The notes beneath the pieces are model-generated. The model made no database searches. It was not told where the DNA came from and worked only from the letters and a program-made list of their open reading frames with translations. A stretch of 64,000 nucleotides of DNA from the NCBI GenBank assembly GCA_049324435.1, contig JBMOOQ010000008.1, positions 20,072-84,071 of the forward strand, given 5' to 3'. This document shows positions 1 to 9,201 of the stretch, piece after piece (the stretch's first letter is position 1; each line of letters opens with the position of its first letter). The position numbers were made by a program, and so were the translations under genes. Origin of the DNA: Pseudomonadota bacterium (GTDB taxonomy: Bacteria > Pseudomonadota > Alphaproteobacteria > Rhizobiales > Xanthobacteraceae).

Positions 1-462
1 ATCGCCGAACCCGATACGAAACTTACCGTCGCGGAATGGATCAGGCGCGGCTACACGCCCTTGACGCACCGGCCAACGCGGGACGAGCTCGTCGAGGAAG
101 CGTCGCTGTTTCTGCCGGCAGGATTGAACGGTCCCGCCTTCCTGACGCTCAGAAATTTCTATGTCTTCAAGGGTTACAACTTCGCCGACCTCTATGCCCT
201 GTTCGTCGGCAATCTGTCGGACCGGATAGCTGGCGGACGCGGTTTCGCGACGCCCTGGGGCAAGATCGAGCAGGCACGCTCCGACCAGATTGAAGCGATC
301 CAGCGCCATCTGACCGAAGCCGGCTTCTACCGCGACAAGATCGACGGCAAGGCCGGGATGAAGACCCGCGCTGCCCTCGGCGCCTGGCAGAAGGCCAATG
401 GCGTCACGCTGGACTGCTGGCCTTCTGCAGCCTTGGCGCAACGAATGTCAGGCGCGCGGTAG
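1..462 (+). CDS. Lytic murein transglycosylase (MltB-like) C-terminal fragment with peptidoglycan-binding domain; 5' end lies outside the window
   Basis: Frame 1 is open from nt 1 to stop at 460-462; motifs RNFYVFKGYNFADLYALFVGNL and a C-terminal PG-binding repeat (IQRHLTEAGFYRDKIDGKAGMKTRAALGAWQ). Confidence 0.6.
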   Translation: MAEPDTKLTVAEWIRRGYTPLTHRPTRDELVEEASLFLPAGLNGPAFLTLRNFYVFKGYNFADLYALFVGNLSDRIAGGRGFATPWGKIEQARSDQIEAIQRHLTEAGFYRDKIDGKAGMKTRAALGAWQKANGVTLDCWPSAALAQRMSGAR

Positions 463-481
463 CAGCCGAATAAGCCGCCAA

Positions 482-516
482 GAAAAAGCCCGGCGGAAGG
501 CCGCCGGGCTCGTTTC
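482..516. terminator. Bidirectional intrinsic terminator between convergent genes
   Basis: Perfect 9-bp stem GCCCGGCGG/CCGCCGGGC (488-509) with 4-nt loop, A-run upstream (GAAAAA) and TCGTTTC downstream. Confidence 0.5.
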
Positions 517-533
517 AAAACCGGGTATCCGCG

Positions 534-830
534 TCAGCCGCAAACCTGAACGCGGCGGACACGCCAAACGTAGCCGTCCCACCAGCGCTGACGGACCCAG
601 CGGCAAGGCGGGCCGTAATAAACCGGCGCCGGAGCGTAGTAGACCGGCGGCGGCGGCGCGTAATAATACGGCGCAGCGGCACCAGCGATGATTGCGCCGG
701 CCGCAAGACCGCCAAGCACGCCCGCAGCCACGGCGCCGCCGCGCCAATGAGCGTCGGCACTGCCCGGGACCGCAACCACAGACCCCGCGATCGTCGCCGC
801 AGCAACGAGCGCGATAAAGAGCTTTCTCAT
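534..830 (-). CDS. Small secreted Gly/Ala/Tyr/Pro-rich protein; paralog of 1019..1306
   Basis: 98-aa ORF, RBS GGAGA, N-terminal signal peptide (MRKLFIALVAAATIAGSVVA), C-terminal motif C-RWVRQRWWDGYVWRVRRVQVC. Confidence 0.5.
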   Translation of the reverse strand: MRKLFIALVAAATIAGSVVAVPGSADAHWRGGAVAAGVLGGLAAGAIIAGAAAPYYYAPPPPVYYAPAPVYYGPPCRWVRQRWWDGYVWRVRRVQVCG

Positions 831-1018
831 GCATGTCTCCTTCAGGATATCGCTGGCGCCCAGCGCGCTTCGCTACCCGCGCACGCAGACTAGCGACAAA
901 GACTTACGCAGATGTAGTGTTTCCGGCCAATTTGTCGCAATTTTGATGAGCGCGTGAAGACCGCCATGGGACAATCACGGTTAGCGAATAGGAAATGGCC
1001 GAGGTGCCGCCAGTGGCG

Positions 1019-1306
1019 TCAATGGCAAATTCGCAGCTTCCGCCAGCGCCAGCCGTAACCGTCCCACAAGCGCTGCCGCCGGATGACGCAGCCGGGCGGA
1101 GGTCCGTCCAGGGTGGCGTAGTGAGCCGCAACCGGGTCCCCTGCGTAATAGCCATAGCCGTAAGCCGGCGCGCCCATGACCTCGGCAGCGGACATGCCGC
1201 CGATCAGGCCTGTTCGTCTGTAATCCGAAGCGCTCGCCTCGGTCAGTCCGGTCAATGCGGTGGCTAAGGCGACCAGAGCGACAACGGCTGCAACCGATCG
1301 GTTCAT
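1019..1306 (-). CDS. Small secreted Gly/Tyr-rich protein; paralog of 534..830
   Basis: Start placed at internal ATG 1306 (MNRSVAAVVALVALATA signal peptide, RBS AGGAAA); C-terminal motif C-VIRRQRLWDGYGWRWRKLRIC shared with the neighbour. Confidence 0.5.
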   Translation of the reverse strand: MNRSVAAVVALVALATALTGLTEASASDYRRTGLIGGMSAAEVMGAPAYGYGYYAGDPVAAHYATLDGPPPGCVIRRQRLWDGYGWRWRKLRICH

Positions 1307-1364
1307 GACATTTCCTTTCCGGCATGCCGGGACGACGGTCAGTCGGGAGACCAGCGTCGCCACT

Positions 1365-2063
1365 CTACTTGAATCCGGCGTGAACGCCAAAGCCCTGACG
1401 CCGCAACAAGGTCCACAATTTCCGGATGAGCGCCGGAGGCCTGCGGCCGGCAGTCACCGTGACCATCGGCGGGACAAGCGGTCCCTTAGGAAGCCCGGCG
1501 CTCCCGTCCCGCTGCGGCCGCAGTGATTTGATATTTTGTCTGACGGCATTTCCTGGACTAGCCGTTGCACTCTGACGGACCTTTTTCGCAGGCACCGATT
1601 GCCGATGTTTGGGCTGGCGGCGCTTTTCTGAGGAGATGCGGCGCACAGCCTGACGGCCCACCTTTTCCAGAAAATCCTTCTCGCGCTCGTGGGTCAGCTG
1701 TGCGGTCGCCTGGGAGAGGGGCAGCCAGCGCACCGCTCGCACATCGCGCATCAGCTTGGCGACCGGTCGGCTGCTCGCCTGCATGCGCCAGAATCGTACG
1801 GTTTTCGGCCGGCCGGCGGAGACATAAGACAGCGAGCCTAAGAACTCATGGACTTCGACGTCATGACCAGTCTCCTCGATCGCTTCGCGCCTGGCGGCAG
1901 CCAGAGCCGTCTCGCCACGGTTGAGCTTTCCCTTCGGCAGAACCCAGCTTCGCTGCCGGCTTAGCTGGACAACGGCGAAGAGCGGCCGCAGGCGCCCGCG
2001 CATCACGATGCCGCCGGCCGCCTCGATCGACCTGCGCTTCGGTTTGTTCTTTTTCTTCTTCAT
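1365..2063 (-). CDS. NUDIX hydrolase with basic C-terminal tail
   Basis: Nudix box LPKGKLNRGETALAAARREAIEETG present; 232-aa ORF. Confidence 0.75.
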   Translation of the reverse strand: MKKKKNKPKRRSIEAAGGIVMRGRLRPLFAVVQLSRQRSWVLPKGKLNRGETALAAARREAIEETGHDVEVHEFLGSLSYVSAGRPKTVRFWRMQASSRPVAKLMRDVRAVRWLPLSQATAQLTHEREKDFLEKVGRQAVRRISSEKRRQPKHRQSVPAKKVRQSATASPGNAVRQNIKSLRPQRDGSAGLPKGPLVPPMVTVTAGRRPPALIRKLWTLLRRQGFGVHAGFK

Positions 2064-2173
2064 AGCCTATCGTGTCGCCGAATCTTGACGCGCGAACGAC
2101 ATTATAACAGCCGCATAACAGCCGCGGCTGCGATACTCAGGTCATCCGCGGCGAGTTGCGCAGACCGCCTTGG

Positions 2174-2611
2174 CTATGCGGCATCGTCCGGATTCAGGCC
2201 GTAACGCCTGCAGAGCGTGCGAACGACATGGGCATCCGATCCGCCATGAATCGCGCCGACGACAGCGGATTTCACCCGACCATTTTCTGTACCGATGACA
2301 GCGATGTAGAGCTGATTGCCGCTATAGCCCGGAAGTGCGCTCTTGGCGTTCACCGACGCACAATAATTGACGTCGCCGGTGCCCGCATTGGCGGGGAATT
2401 TTGCCCAACGGAATTTGGCGGCAGCCGGCTCCTTGACAACCCGGCCGACCGCGTCGGCGATGATCTTCTTCTCGTCAGGCGCGAGGTCACGGCCGCCGAG
2501 CGCGGACGACGATCCGCTCAATACAGGCGAGGCTCCCTCCGGGGTCACACAACCCGCGACGGTCAGCGCTACAAGGCCAGTCGCGAGCAATCCGGTAAAC
2601 TTTCGGAGCAT
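2174..2611 (-). CDS. Putative lipoprotein
   Basis: Signal peptide with lipobox LTVAGC; 145-aa ORF. Confidence 0.5.
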   Translation of the reverse strand: MLRKFTGLLATGLVALTVAGCVTPEGASPVLSGSSSALGGRDLAPDEKKIIADAVGRVVKEPAAAKFRWAKFPANAGTGDVNYCASVNAKSALPGYSGNQLYIAVIGTENGRVKSAVVGAIHGGSDAHVVRTLCRRYGLNPDDAA

Positions 2612-2629
2612 TCTACCTGCGGCGAACGA

Positions 2630-3598
2630 TTATTGCGGCTTGATGCCCGCTTCCTTGATGATCGGCCACCATTTGTCAATTTCCGCTTTGTGATAGGCCG
2701 CGAGCGCCTCAGGCGTCTGCTGCTCCGGCGGGAAAATCTCCTGCGCGATCTTGGTCAGCCGCTCGCGCGTAACCGGGTCGGCCAGCGCCTTGGTCAAGGC
2801 GTTATTCAGGGTGGTCACGATCTCCTTCGGAGTCCCTTTCGGAACCCAGAAGGCGTGCCAGAATGAAAAGTAAAATCCGGGTAGCCCGGCTTCGTCGGTG
2901 GTCGGGATGTCCGGCGCTACCGGAATGCGGGATTTGGCGGTCACCGCATAGGCCTTGATATTGCCGCTCTGAATGTGCGGCATCGACACGGCGGGCGTAT
3001 CCAGCATGACATCGAGCTGACCGGCAACCAGGTCCTGCATCGACTGGCCGGCACCGCGATACGGGACCATGGTGAATTTGGCTCCGATTGCATTCTGGAA
3101 CATCAGTCCGCCGACATGGCTTGGCGTTCCGACACCTGAATTGCCTTGCGACGCCTTGTCCTGGTTGGCCTTCAGCCAGGCAACCAGATCCTTGAGATTG
3201 TCCGCAGGCATGGTCTTGCGCGAGACAATGAGGAACGGTTGGGTCGAGATCAGGCCAACCGGCTCGAAATCCTTTACGAGATCGAATGTCAGCGGATAAA
3301 TCGCGCCGCTCGCGACATTCGTGCCCCACTGCCCGATGCCGATCGTGTATCCGTCCGGCGCGGAGCGCGCGACGCGGCCGACTCCGATCGTGCCGCCGGC
3401 TCCTGTGGTATTTTCTACGACGATCGTGGTGCCGAGAATATTGCGCATCCCTTCCGCCATGATCCGCGCAATCACATCGGTCGAGCCACCGGGCCCGAGC
3501 GGAACAACAAGCGTGATGGGGCGGGACGGATAATTCTGCGCCGGCGCGCTTGACGCCATCATCGCCACGCCAAGCGCGGCGAATAGAACCTTCTTCAT
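2630..3598 (-). CDS. Bug/TctC-family tripartite tricarboxylate transporter substrate-binding protein
   Basis: Start at ATG 3598 (MKKVLFAALGVAMMASSAPAQ signal peptide, RBS GGGAG); typical Bug-family motifs (YPSRPITLVVPLGPGGSTD). Confidence 0.8.
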   Translation of the reverse strand: MKKVLFAALGVAMMASSAPAQNYPSRPITLVVPLGPGGSTDVIARIMAEGMRNILGTTIVVENTTGAGGTIGVGRVARSAPDGYTIGIGQWGTNVASGAIYPLTFDLVKDFEPVGLISTQPFLIVSRKTMPADNLKDLVAWLKANQDKASQGNSGVGTPSHVGGLMFQNAIGAKFTMVPYRGAGQSMQDLVAGQLDVMLDTPAVSMPHIQSGNIKAYAVTAKSRIPVAPDIPTTDEAGLPGFYFSFWHAFWVPKGTPKEIVTTLNNALTKALADPVTRERLTKIAQEIFPPEQQTPEALAAYHKAEIDKWWPIIKEAGIKPQ

Positions 3599-3711
3599 GG
3601 ACGTTGCTCCCAAACGACTCTTTTCGAAATATTTGTGGGAGCCTAACACGGAAGCGCGTCGTCACGACAAGGCATCGGACAACACAACACGCAATCGACG
3701 CAGGCAATCTT

Positions 3712-3930
3712 TCACGATGCCAAATGTGTCCACCAGAGCGCGAGCAATCCAGCCATCGCTGCGATGATCACCGGGGCCGTCGTGAATGTCCAGTTTCGGC
3801 CCAGCGGATAATGCCGGCCGCAATAATAGCAGCGCTGGAATTTGGCGAGGATCGGCTCGTCCGCGGCAATCGGGGAGCCACAGGACCGGCATTCGGCGCT
3901 GACGCAGGACTCGGTACCGACGCGGGACAT
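3712..3930 (-). CDS. Small zinc-ribbon (CxxC...CxxC) protein with C-terminal transmembrane helix
   Basis: Start at ATG 3930 with RBS AGGAG; two CxxC pairs then hydrophobic segment VIIAAMAGLLALWW. Confidence 0.4.
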   Translation of the reverse strand: MSRVGTESCVSAECRSCGSPIAADEPILAKFQRCYYCGRHYPLGRNWTFTTAPVIIAAMAGLLALWWTHLAS

Positions 3931-3993
3931 AAGATGTCTCCGGCTCCTTGCACGGCAGCGCCGCGCAGACACAAACGCAAGCCGGAAATCAGT

Positions 3994-4761
3994 TTATCGC
4001 CGCGGATTTGACAATCCGTTAACCGACTTGGTCGGATGTGCGTCTTGACCCGGTCGTTCGATCCGGCCGCGGCTCTGCAGCCAGGTCGCGAGCAACCAGC
4101 ACGCCATGGCCCAGGCCGCCCCGGCACACCACCCCGCGAGAATGTCGGTCGGCCAATGGACGCCGAGATAAACACGGCTGGCACCGATCAGCAGCGCCAG
4201 CAGGATTGCGACGGAAATCACATAGGCCTTGAGACGCTTGCGGCCCTGGATTCGTGCCAAGAGCGCACCGAGTGTCAGGAACGTCACCGCGGACAGCATC
4301 GCATGTCCGCTCGGGAAGCTCGCGGTCTGCACCTCGACGAGATGTGCCACCAGTTCAGGGCGCGGCCGTGCAAACAGATGCTTCAGACCCTCGCTGAGAA
4401 CAACACCGCCTGCGATCGCAACCAGAACGAAAGCCGCCGCTGCGCGCTTGCCGTCGATCAGCAAGTAACCGATGGCGATCAGCGTCACAAAAGCCACTAC
4501 CGTGAAGCTGCCGAGGCTGGTGACGTCGCGCATCACGTGTTCGAGCCAGGCTGGTCCGATCGGATCGGCGAGATCGGTGGGATTGCGCAAGGCGCGAAGA
4601 ACGGCCTCGTCGAAGGCATGCGTCTGTCCGTCGGCGACTTCGTCCGCAATCTTGCCGAAGGCCGCGAGCATGGCTGCGATGGCAGCGAGAATCGCGAAAG
4701 GAGCAAGCTCTTGCAGTGACCGCACGCGAAGCGATGTGACAAAATGGGAAATGGTTCGCAA
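3994..4761 (-). CDS. PAP2-family (type 2 phosphatidic acid phosphatase-like) membrane phosphatase
   Basis: PAP2 signature KxxxxRPRP ... PSGH ... SRVYLGVHWPTD. Confidence 0.7.
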   Translation of the reverse strand: MRTISHFVTSLRVRSLQELAPFAILAAIAAMLAAFGKIADEVADGQTHAFDEAVLRALRNPTDLADPIGPAWLEHVMRDVTSLGSFTVVAFVTLIAIGYLLIDGKRAAAAFVLVAIAGGVVLSEGLKHLFARPRPELVAHLVEVQTASFPSGHAMLSAVTFLTLGALLARIQGRKRLKAYVISVAILLALLIGASRVYLGVHWPTDILAGWCAGAAWAMACWLLATWLQSRGRIERPGQDAHPTKSVNGLSNPRR

Positions 4762-4958
4762 GGGATGTCGCTCGCTAATGCGTCAAGACGCGGCTGTGGT
4801 GCGTACAATCGCTCGCAAAAAACCAGCTTCGGCCAGATCGCGCAACACTCTCTTAAGAATTGGGCTCGCGTGAAAATCGTGGACGCGATTCGTTCCCTGC
4901 GAACAGATGCGAACCTTGTATCAGGCTGAAACGGAAAGCGGTGTTCCAAATCCTCGCG

Positions 4959-5495
4959 CTACGCGGAACGCGGTCTTGCCGCCGATTCAGCCGAGCAGCT
5001 CTGGAATGCCACGTCTATCGCGGCAGATGCGCCCTTTACCGGGAATTCAACCGTCGTGGTTCCGGCGACGTGGGACTCAACGCGCACATGCAGCCTGGTC
5101 GATGCGCGCAACTGATCGACAAACTGCGCGACCTCAGTGGGGTCCTCGATCACGGCGATATTGTAGGTCGCAAGGAACCGGGCTTTGGCATCGCGGCCGG
5201 GATGCTCGTCGAAGCGATAACTCAACACCGATGTCCGGTTAGACCCGATGCGGTGGTTGAATTCGAGCCGGATGACAGGCGCGCTTTCGAAACAGGTCAG
5301 TTGCAGCCAGCCGAGCTGAAGCCCCAGATCTCTCACCCGCTCGTTGCGGCTTCGCGCGCTGACATGGGCGACGCCAGCGGGCTTGCCGTGAATACGGTCA
5401 TAGCTGCGTTCGATTTTCCAGCTGCCGGCCTCGGGCGTCGATGCCGTGATGCAGCCACCCAACAGCAGCATTCCGAGGAACGGGATCAAACGCAC
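4959..5495 (-). CDS. Putative lipoprotein
   Basis: Signal peptide with lipobox LLGGC; 178 aa. Confidence 0.45.
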   Translation of the reverse strand: MRLIPFLGMLLLGGCITASTPEAGSWKIERSYDRIHGKPAGVAHVSARSRNERVRDLGLQLGWLQLTCFESAPVIRLEFNHRIGSNRTSVLSYRFDEHPGRDAKARFLATYNIAVIEDPTEVAQFVDQLRASTRLHVRVESHVAGTTTVEFPVKGASAAIDVAFQSCSAESAARPRSA

Positions 5496-5713
5496 AGCAA
5501 CACTCCGCCCAATACCTCCAGTCTGACTCGCCTAAAAGTTGCATGCAACGATTTTGCGAGGGAGCACATGCCTATCAGGCAGCTGCGAATCTCAAATTTT
5601 GAGTACGGCCGCTCCGAAATGGAGAACGGCACGCAGTCGTTTCCCTTGGCGCGAAGCTTGCTTGCTCCCAAGCTGCCGGGGTTGGACCCGAATCAACCAA
5701 GAGAAAAAAAGCC

Positions 5714-6193
5714 ATGTCACACAAGCTGACCAACTGTAACGCGTCACCGACGTTTTCTGATCCGGTGCAAGACAAGCTGCCGGTCGAGGCAGCAAGCACA
5801 AGTCCGCGACGCCGGTTCACTCTCCTCGCCCCAGCGCTGGCGATGATGTCGGCACTCACCATTGTGGGCGTCGCAATCGCCGGAGAGTACCACTCCAACC
5901 CGTGGCTGCTCTCCTGGATACCGGCGACCTGCTGCGTCACCAATGATTGCTGCTGGGAAGTTTCCGAACGCGAGTTGAAGCCTTTGCCGGATGACGAGTG
6001 GGAAATCCGTTCGACCGGACAGATCCGCAAGCGCACGGCCTATTCGCCGGACGGCAAATTCTACCGATGTGCCTGCGACTACGACAATGTCGACAAACAT
6101 TGGGTCAAACATCAGGGCGCCAACACGCGCTGCCTGTTTGTTCCGATGCGCTCGGCGGCGGCGTCGTTCCCGAAGCGCGCGCCGGCGCATTGA
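5714..6193 (+). CDS. Cys-rich exported protein with twin-arginine (Tat)-like signal
   Basis: SPRRRFTLLAPALAMMSALTIVGVAIA resembles S-R-R-x-F-L-K Tat motif; mature part has 8 Cys incl. CC and CxC pairs. Confidence 0.4.
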   Translation: MSHKLTNCNASPTFSDPVQDKLPVEAASTSPRRRFTLLAPALAMMSALTIVGVAIAGEYHSNPWLLSWIPATCCVTNDCCWEVSERELKPLPDDEWEIRSTGQIRKRTAYSPDGKFYRCACDYDNVDKHWVKHQGANTRCLFVPMRSAAASFPKRAPAH

Positions 6194-6288
6194 TGGGTGA
6201 GTGAGGCTGCCGGGACGATCATGTTCCGGCTCTTGAAACAAAATTGCCGTTCGCACCTGCGCGGCGGATCGGGTTAGTGTTGCGCGCG

Positions 6289-7995
6289 CTACGGGCAAAA
6301 GATACGCGGCGCTCCGCGGCCGTCCGGCGTCACCTCGCAGCACCAGCGTCCGCCCGAGTTAAACGGCGAAGAGCCAGCAGGGCACGCCGCGCGGCTTGCT
6401 GTTGGCCGGCGGCTGACGTTGTCCTGTCGCGCATTGGCGCGTGCCCGTTCGCGGGCCTTTTCGGCCCGCTCCCGGGCGATCTCGCGAGCTCGCTCGCGTG
6501 GACTGGGGTCCGGACGAACCGCCTCTTTCTTGAGCTGCGGCTTGGCGGGAATTGCGACACACCGTCCGGCCCGCTCCTCCTGACCTGCGCTGCAGGTCAG
6601 CGGGCAAATTCTGCCGCGCTGGACTTTCACACCGTCTAGAGCTGCGATGGTGGCGGCTGCAGTGTCGAAGTTTGTTCCCGCATGCTGGTTGAAGAGGGCG
6701 AGTGCCTCCCGGGACTTCTCCGACCAAGTGCCGTCGACCGTGCCCGGATCGCAGCCGACGCGGCGCAACTCGCTTTGCAGATTGCGGGTAATCGCACGTA
6801 CCTCGCCTGAGGGCGCGGGACGAATTTCGATTTCTCGCTTTGCCTGATCGGGCGCTGGCAAGACCGCCACGACCGACTTGGATTCAGCTGGAGCTTTGCT
6901 TGCGTCAACAGCAGGCGGGGTGACCGCCTCTACGGCAGCAGGGGCGCTCGCTTGAGGAACGGCCGACGGTTGCGCGGCAGCAACCGGCGCCTTCACATCC
7001 GGAGCCGGTGGCACCTGTGGCACTTGCGGGATCACCGGTGATTCGGCACGTGCAACCTTCTCGCGCTGCGAGCGCGCCAGTTCCGCGTAGAACCCGGATT
7101 TGTGCACTGACAGGAACGAATCCCAAGCCTCCTTGGTGCCGACGCGTTCGGCAAATTCGTAATCGCGCCGCGGATCGGGACCGGCCGCCGGCTGGGTGGC
7201 CGGAGCTGGTACGGCGACTTTACGTTCAGGCACAAGCGCCACTGTTGCCCCGCCCAGCGAGCCATAGACGAAAGGTTCCTGCTTGTTGCCGGTCGCTCGC
7301 ACCACTTCGTCGCGCACATATCCGAGCGCGATGCGGATGTCGCGGCCCGGTACGGCGAGGTTCTTCACCAGCGCCGCAGTGAACGGCGAATTCGCCCCGC
7401 GGCCATCCTCCGCCGTCGATCCAGCCTTGGCGGCGAATGCGATCAGCGTATCGCTGGTGGTCGGCTCGACCTTGGCAAGCCCGGACGTCACCTGCCGCGA
7501 TGCGATCCCCCGCTGCATAGTGCGTACGAACGGATTGTCGCGGCAAGCATCGAGAATGATCAGGCGCAGCCGCTTGGCAGGCTCCAGCGCTCGCACCAGA
7601 CGGTCCAGCGACAGCGCCTCGTCCTCGACGTCGAAATCGGTGGCGAGCTTGGCATCAACCGGCAGAAGATAATTGGTGCCGTTCACCTCGATGCCATGGC
7701 CGGCGAAATACATCACTGCGATATCTGCATCGCGCGCGGTGGCGGTGAACTCGCGCGCCACGCGTTTGAATTCCAGATTTCCAAGATCGGTCTTGGCCTC
7801 AACCACCTCGAACCCGGCCTTGCGGAACAGGTCCGCCATGGCCCTGGCATCATTGACCGGATTGGCCAGACGCGACGCATTCTGGTAGGCGCTGTTACCG
7901 ATGACGAGGGCAACGCGCTTTTCTGCGGCGGCAGGAACGGCAGACAGGACAAGGGCGGCCCACAGACCGCACAATATCGTGGTCAGACGCGTCAT
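6289..7995 (-). CDS. Caspase-family (peptidase C14) protein with C-terminal peptidoglycan-binding-like domain and Cys-rich tail
   Basis: Start at ATG 7995 (signal peptide MTRLTTILCGLWAALVLSAVPAAA); caspase His/Cys dyad context YFAGHG ... LIILDACRDNPF; later LRRVGCDPGTVDGTWSEKSREALALFNQ PG_binding_1-like. Confidence 0.7.
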   Translation of the reverse strand: MTRLTTILCGLWAALVLSAVPAAAEKRVALVIGNSAYQNASRLANPVNDARAMADLFRKAGFEVVEAKTDLGNLEFKRVAREFTATARDADIAVMYFAGHGIEVNGTNYLLPVDAKLATDFDVEDEALSLDRLVRALEPAKRLRLIILDACRDNPFVRTMQRGIASRQVTSGLAKVEPTTSDTLIAFAAKAGSTAEDGRGANSPFTAALVKNLAVPGRDIRIALGYVRDEVVRATGNKQEPFVYGSLGGATVALVPERKVAVPAPATQPAAGPDPRRDYEFAERVGTKEAWDSFLSVHKSGFYAELARSQREKVARAESPVIPQVPQVPPAPDVKAPVAAAQPSAVPQASAPAAVEAVTPPAVDASKAPAESKSVVAVLPAPDQAKREIEIRPAPSGEVRAITRNLQSELRRVGCDPGTVDGTWSEKSREALALFNQHAGTNFDTAAATIAALDGVKVQRGRICPLTCSAGQEERAGRCVAIPAKPQLKKEAVRPDPSPRERAREIARERAEKARERARANARQDNVSRRPTASRAACPAGSSPFNSGGRWCCEVTPDGRGAPRIFCP

Positions 7996-8201
7996 CGCGC
8001 AAGCTCCGAAATCCGTCTCCGCACCCGTCTCCGTGCGCCTGCCGAGGTGGCCGACAGGCACACTATCAGCGGACCATGGCCGGTCCAAGCTAGTCGCGCC
8101 GGACAGACGAAAGGTTCAACCGCTCGTGATCACGCGGGTTGCGCCGGAGCACCGGTCCGGTATGTGTTGCTGCGCTCAAGTTCCAATCCGGGGGCCTATC
8201 A

Positions 8202-9158
8202 ATGCGTTACCGCTGTGCCGTGCTCGATGACTATCAGAATGTGGCCCTCCAAATGGCCGACTGGTCGGCGGTGACCGGTGATGTCGACGTGACCGCATTT
8301 AACGAGCGGCTGGGTGACGAGGCGGCCGTTGCCGCTGCGCTGCAGGGCTTCGGCATCGTCTGTGTCATGCGGGAGCGTACGCCGTTTCCGCGCAGCCTGA
8401 TCGAGAAGTTGCCGGACCTGAAGCTTCTGGTCACTACCGGACAGAGAAATGCCTCGATCGATGTCGCCGCCGCGAAGGAGCGCGGTATCACCGTCTGCGG
8501 TACCGATGGTGCGAAGCACCCGACCGCCGAGCTCGCGATTGGTCTCATGATCGACCTTGCGCGCAACATCAGCGTGGAGAATGCCCGGATGAAAGCGGGC
8601 GAAGCGTGGCAGACGACAGTGGGCGCCGACCTGTTCGGTCATACGCTCGGCATCCTCGGGCTTGGCAATCTGGGGCAGCGGGTCGCCAGGGTCGGCCAGG
8701 CCTTCGGCATGAAGGTGATCGCCTGGAGCCAGAATCTCACCCCGGAACGCTGCGCCGAACACGGCGTCACCTACGCGACCAAGGCGGACCTGTTCCAGCA
8801 ATCGGATTTCATTTCGATCCACATGGTGCTATCCGACCGCACGCGCGGCCTGGTCGGCAAGACCGATCTCGCGATGATGAAGCCCACCGCGTATATCATC
8901 AACACTTCGCGCGGGCCGATTATCGACGAGGCGGCGCTCGCCGCGGCACTGCAAACCAAGTCGATTGCCGGCGCGGCGCTCGATGTGTTCGGCACCGAAC
9001 CGCTGCCGCGCGACCACGTGTTTCGTACCCTGCCCAATGTCGTGCTGACCCCGCATCTCGGCTATGTGACGCAGGACGGCTACCGGATGTTCTATGGCGG
9101 CACGGTCGAGGCAATCCGCGCGTGGCTCGACGGCAAGCCGATCCGCGTCATCGGCTGA
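8202..9158 (+). CDS. D-isomer-specific 2-hydroxyacid dehydrogenase, NAD-binding
   Basis: Rossmann GILGLGNLGQRVARVGQAFGMKV, catalytic region; start at ATG 8202 (MRYRCAVLDDYQN). Confidence 0.8.
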   Translation: MRYRCAVLDDYQNVALQMADWSAVTGDVDVTAFNERLGDEAAVAAALQGFGIVCVMRERTPFPRSLIEKLPDLKLLVTTGQRNASIDVAAAKERGITVCGTDGAKHPTAELAIGLMIDLARNISVENARMKAGEAWQTTVGADLFGHTLGILGLGNLGQRVARVGQAFGMKVIAWSQNLTPERCAEHGVTYATKADLFQQSDFISIHMVLSDRTRGLVGKTDLAMMKPTAYIINTSRGPIIDEAALAAALQTKSIAGAALDVFGTEPLPRDHVFRTLPNVVLTPHLGYVTQDGYRMFYGGTVEAIRAWLDGKPIRVIG

Positions 9159-9201
9159 TTGCGTCAGCACAGAACAGCAGAAAATCAGGGAGCAATAAAC
9201 C

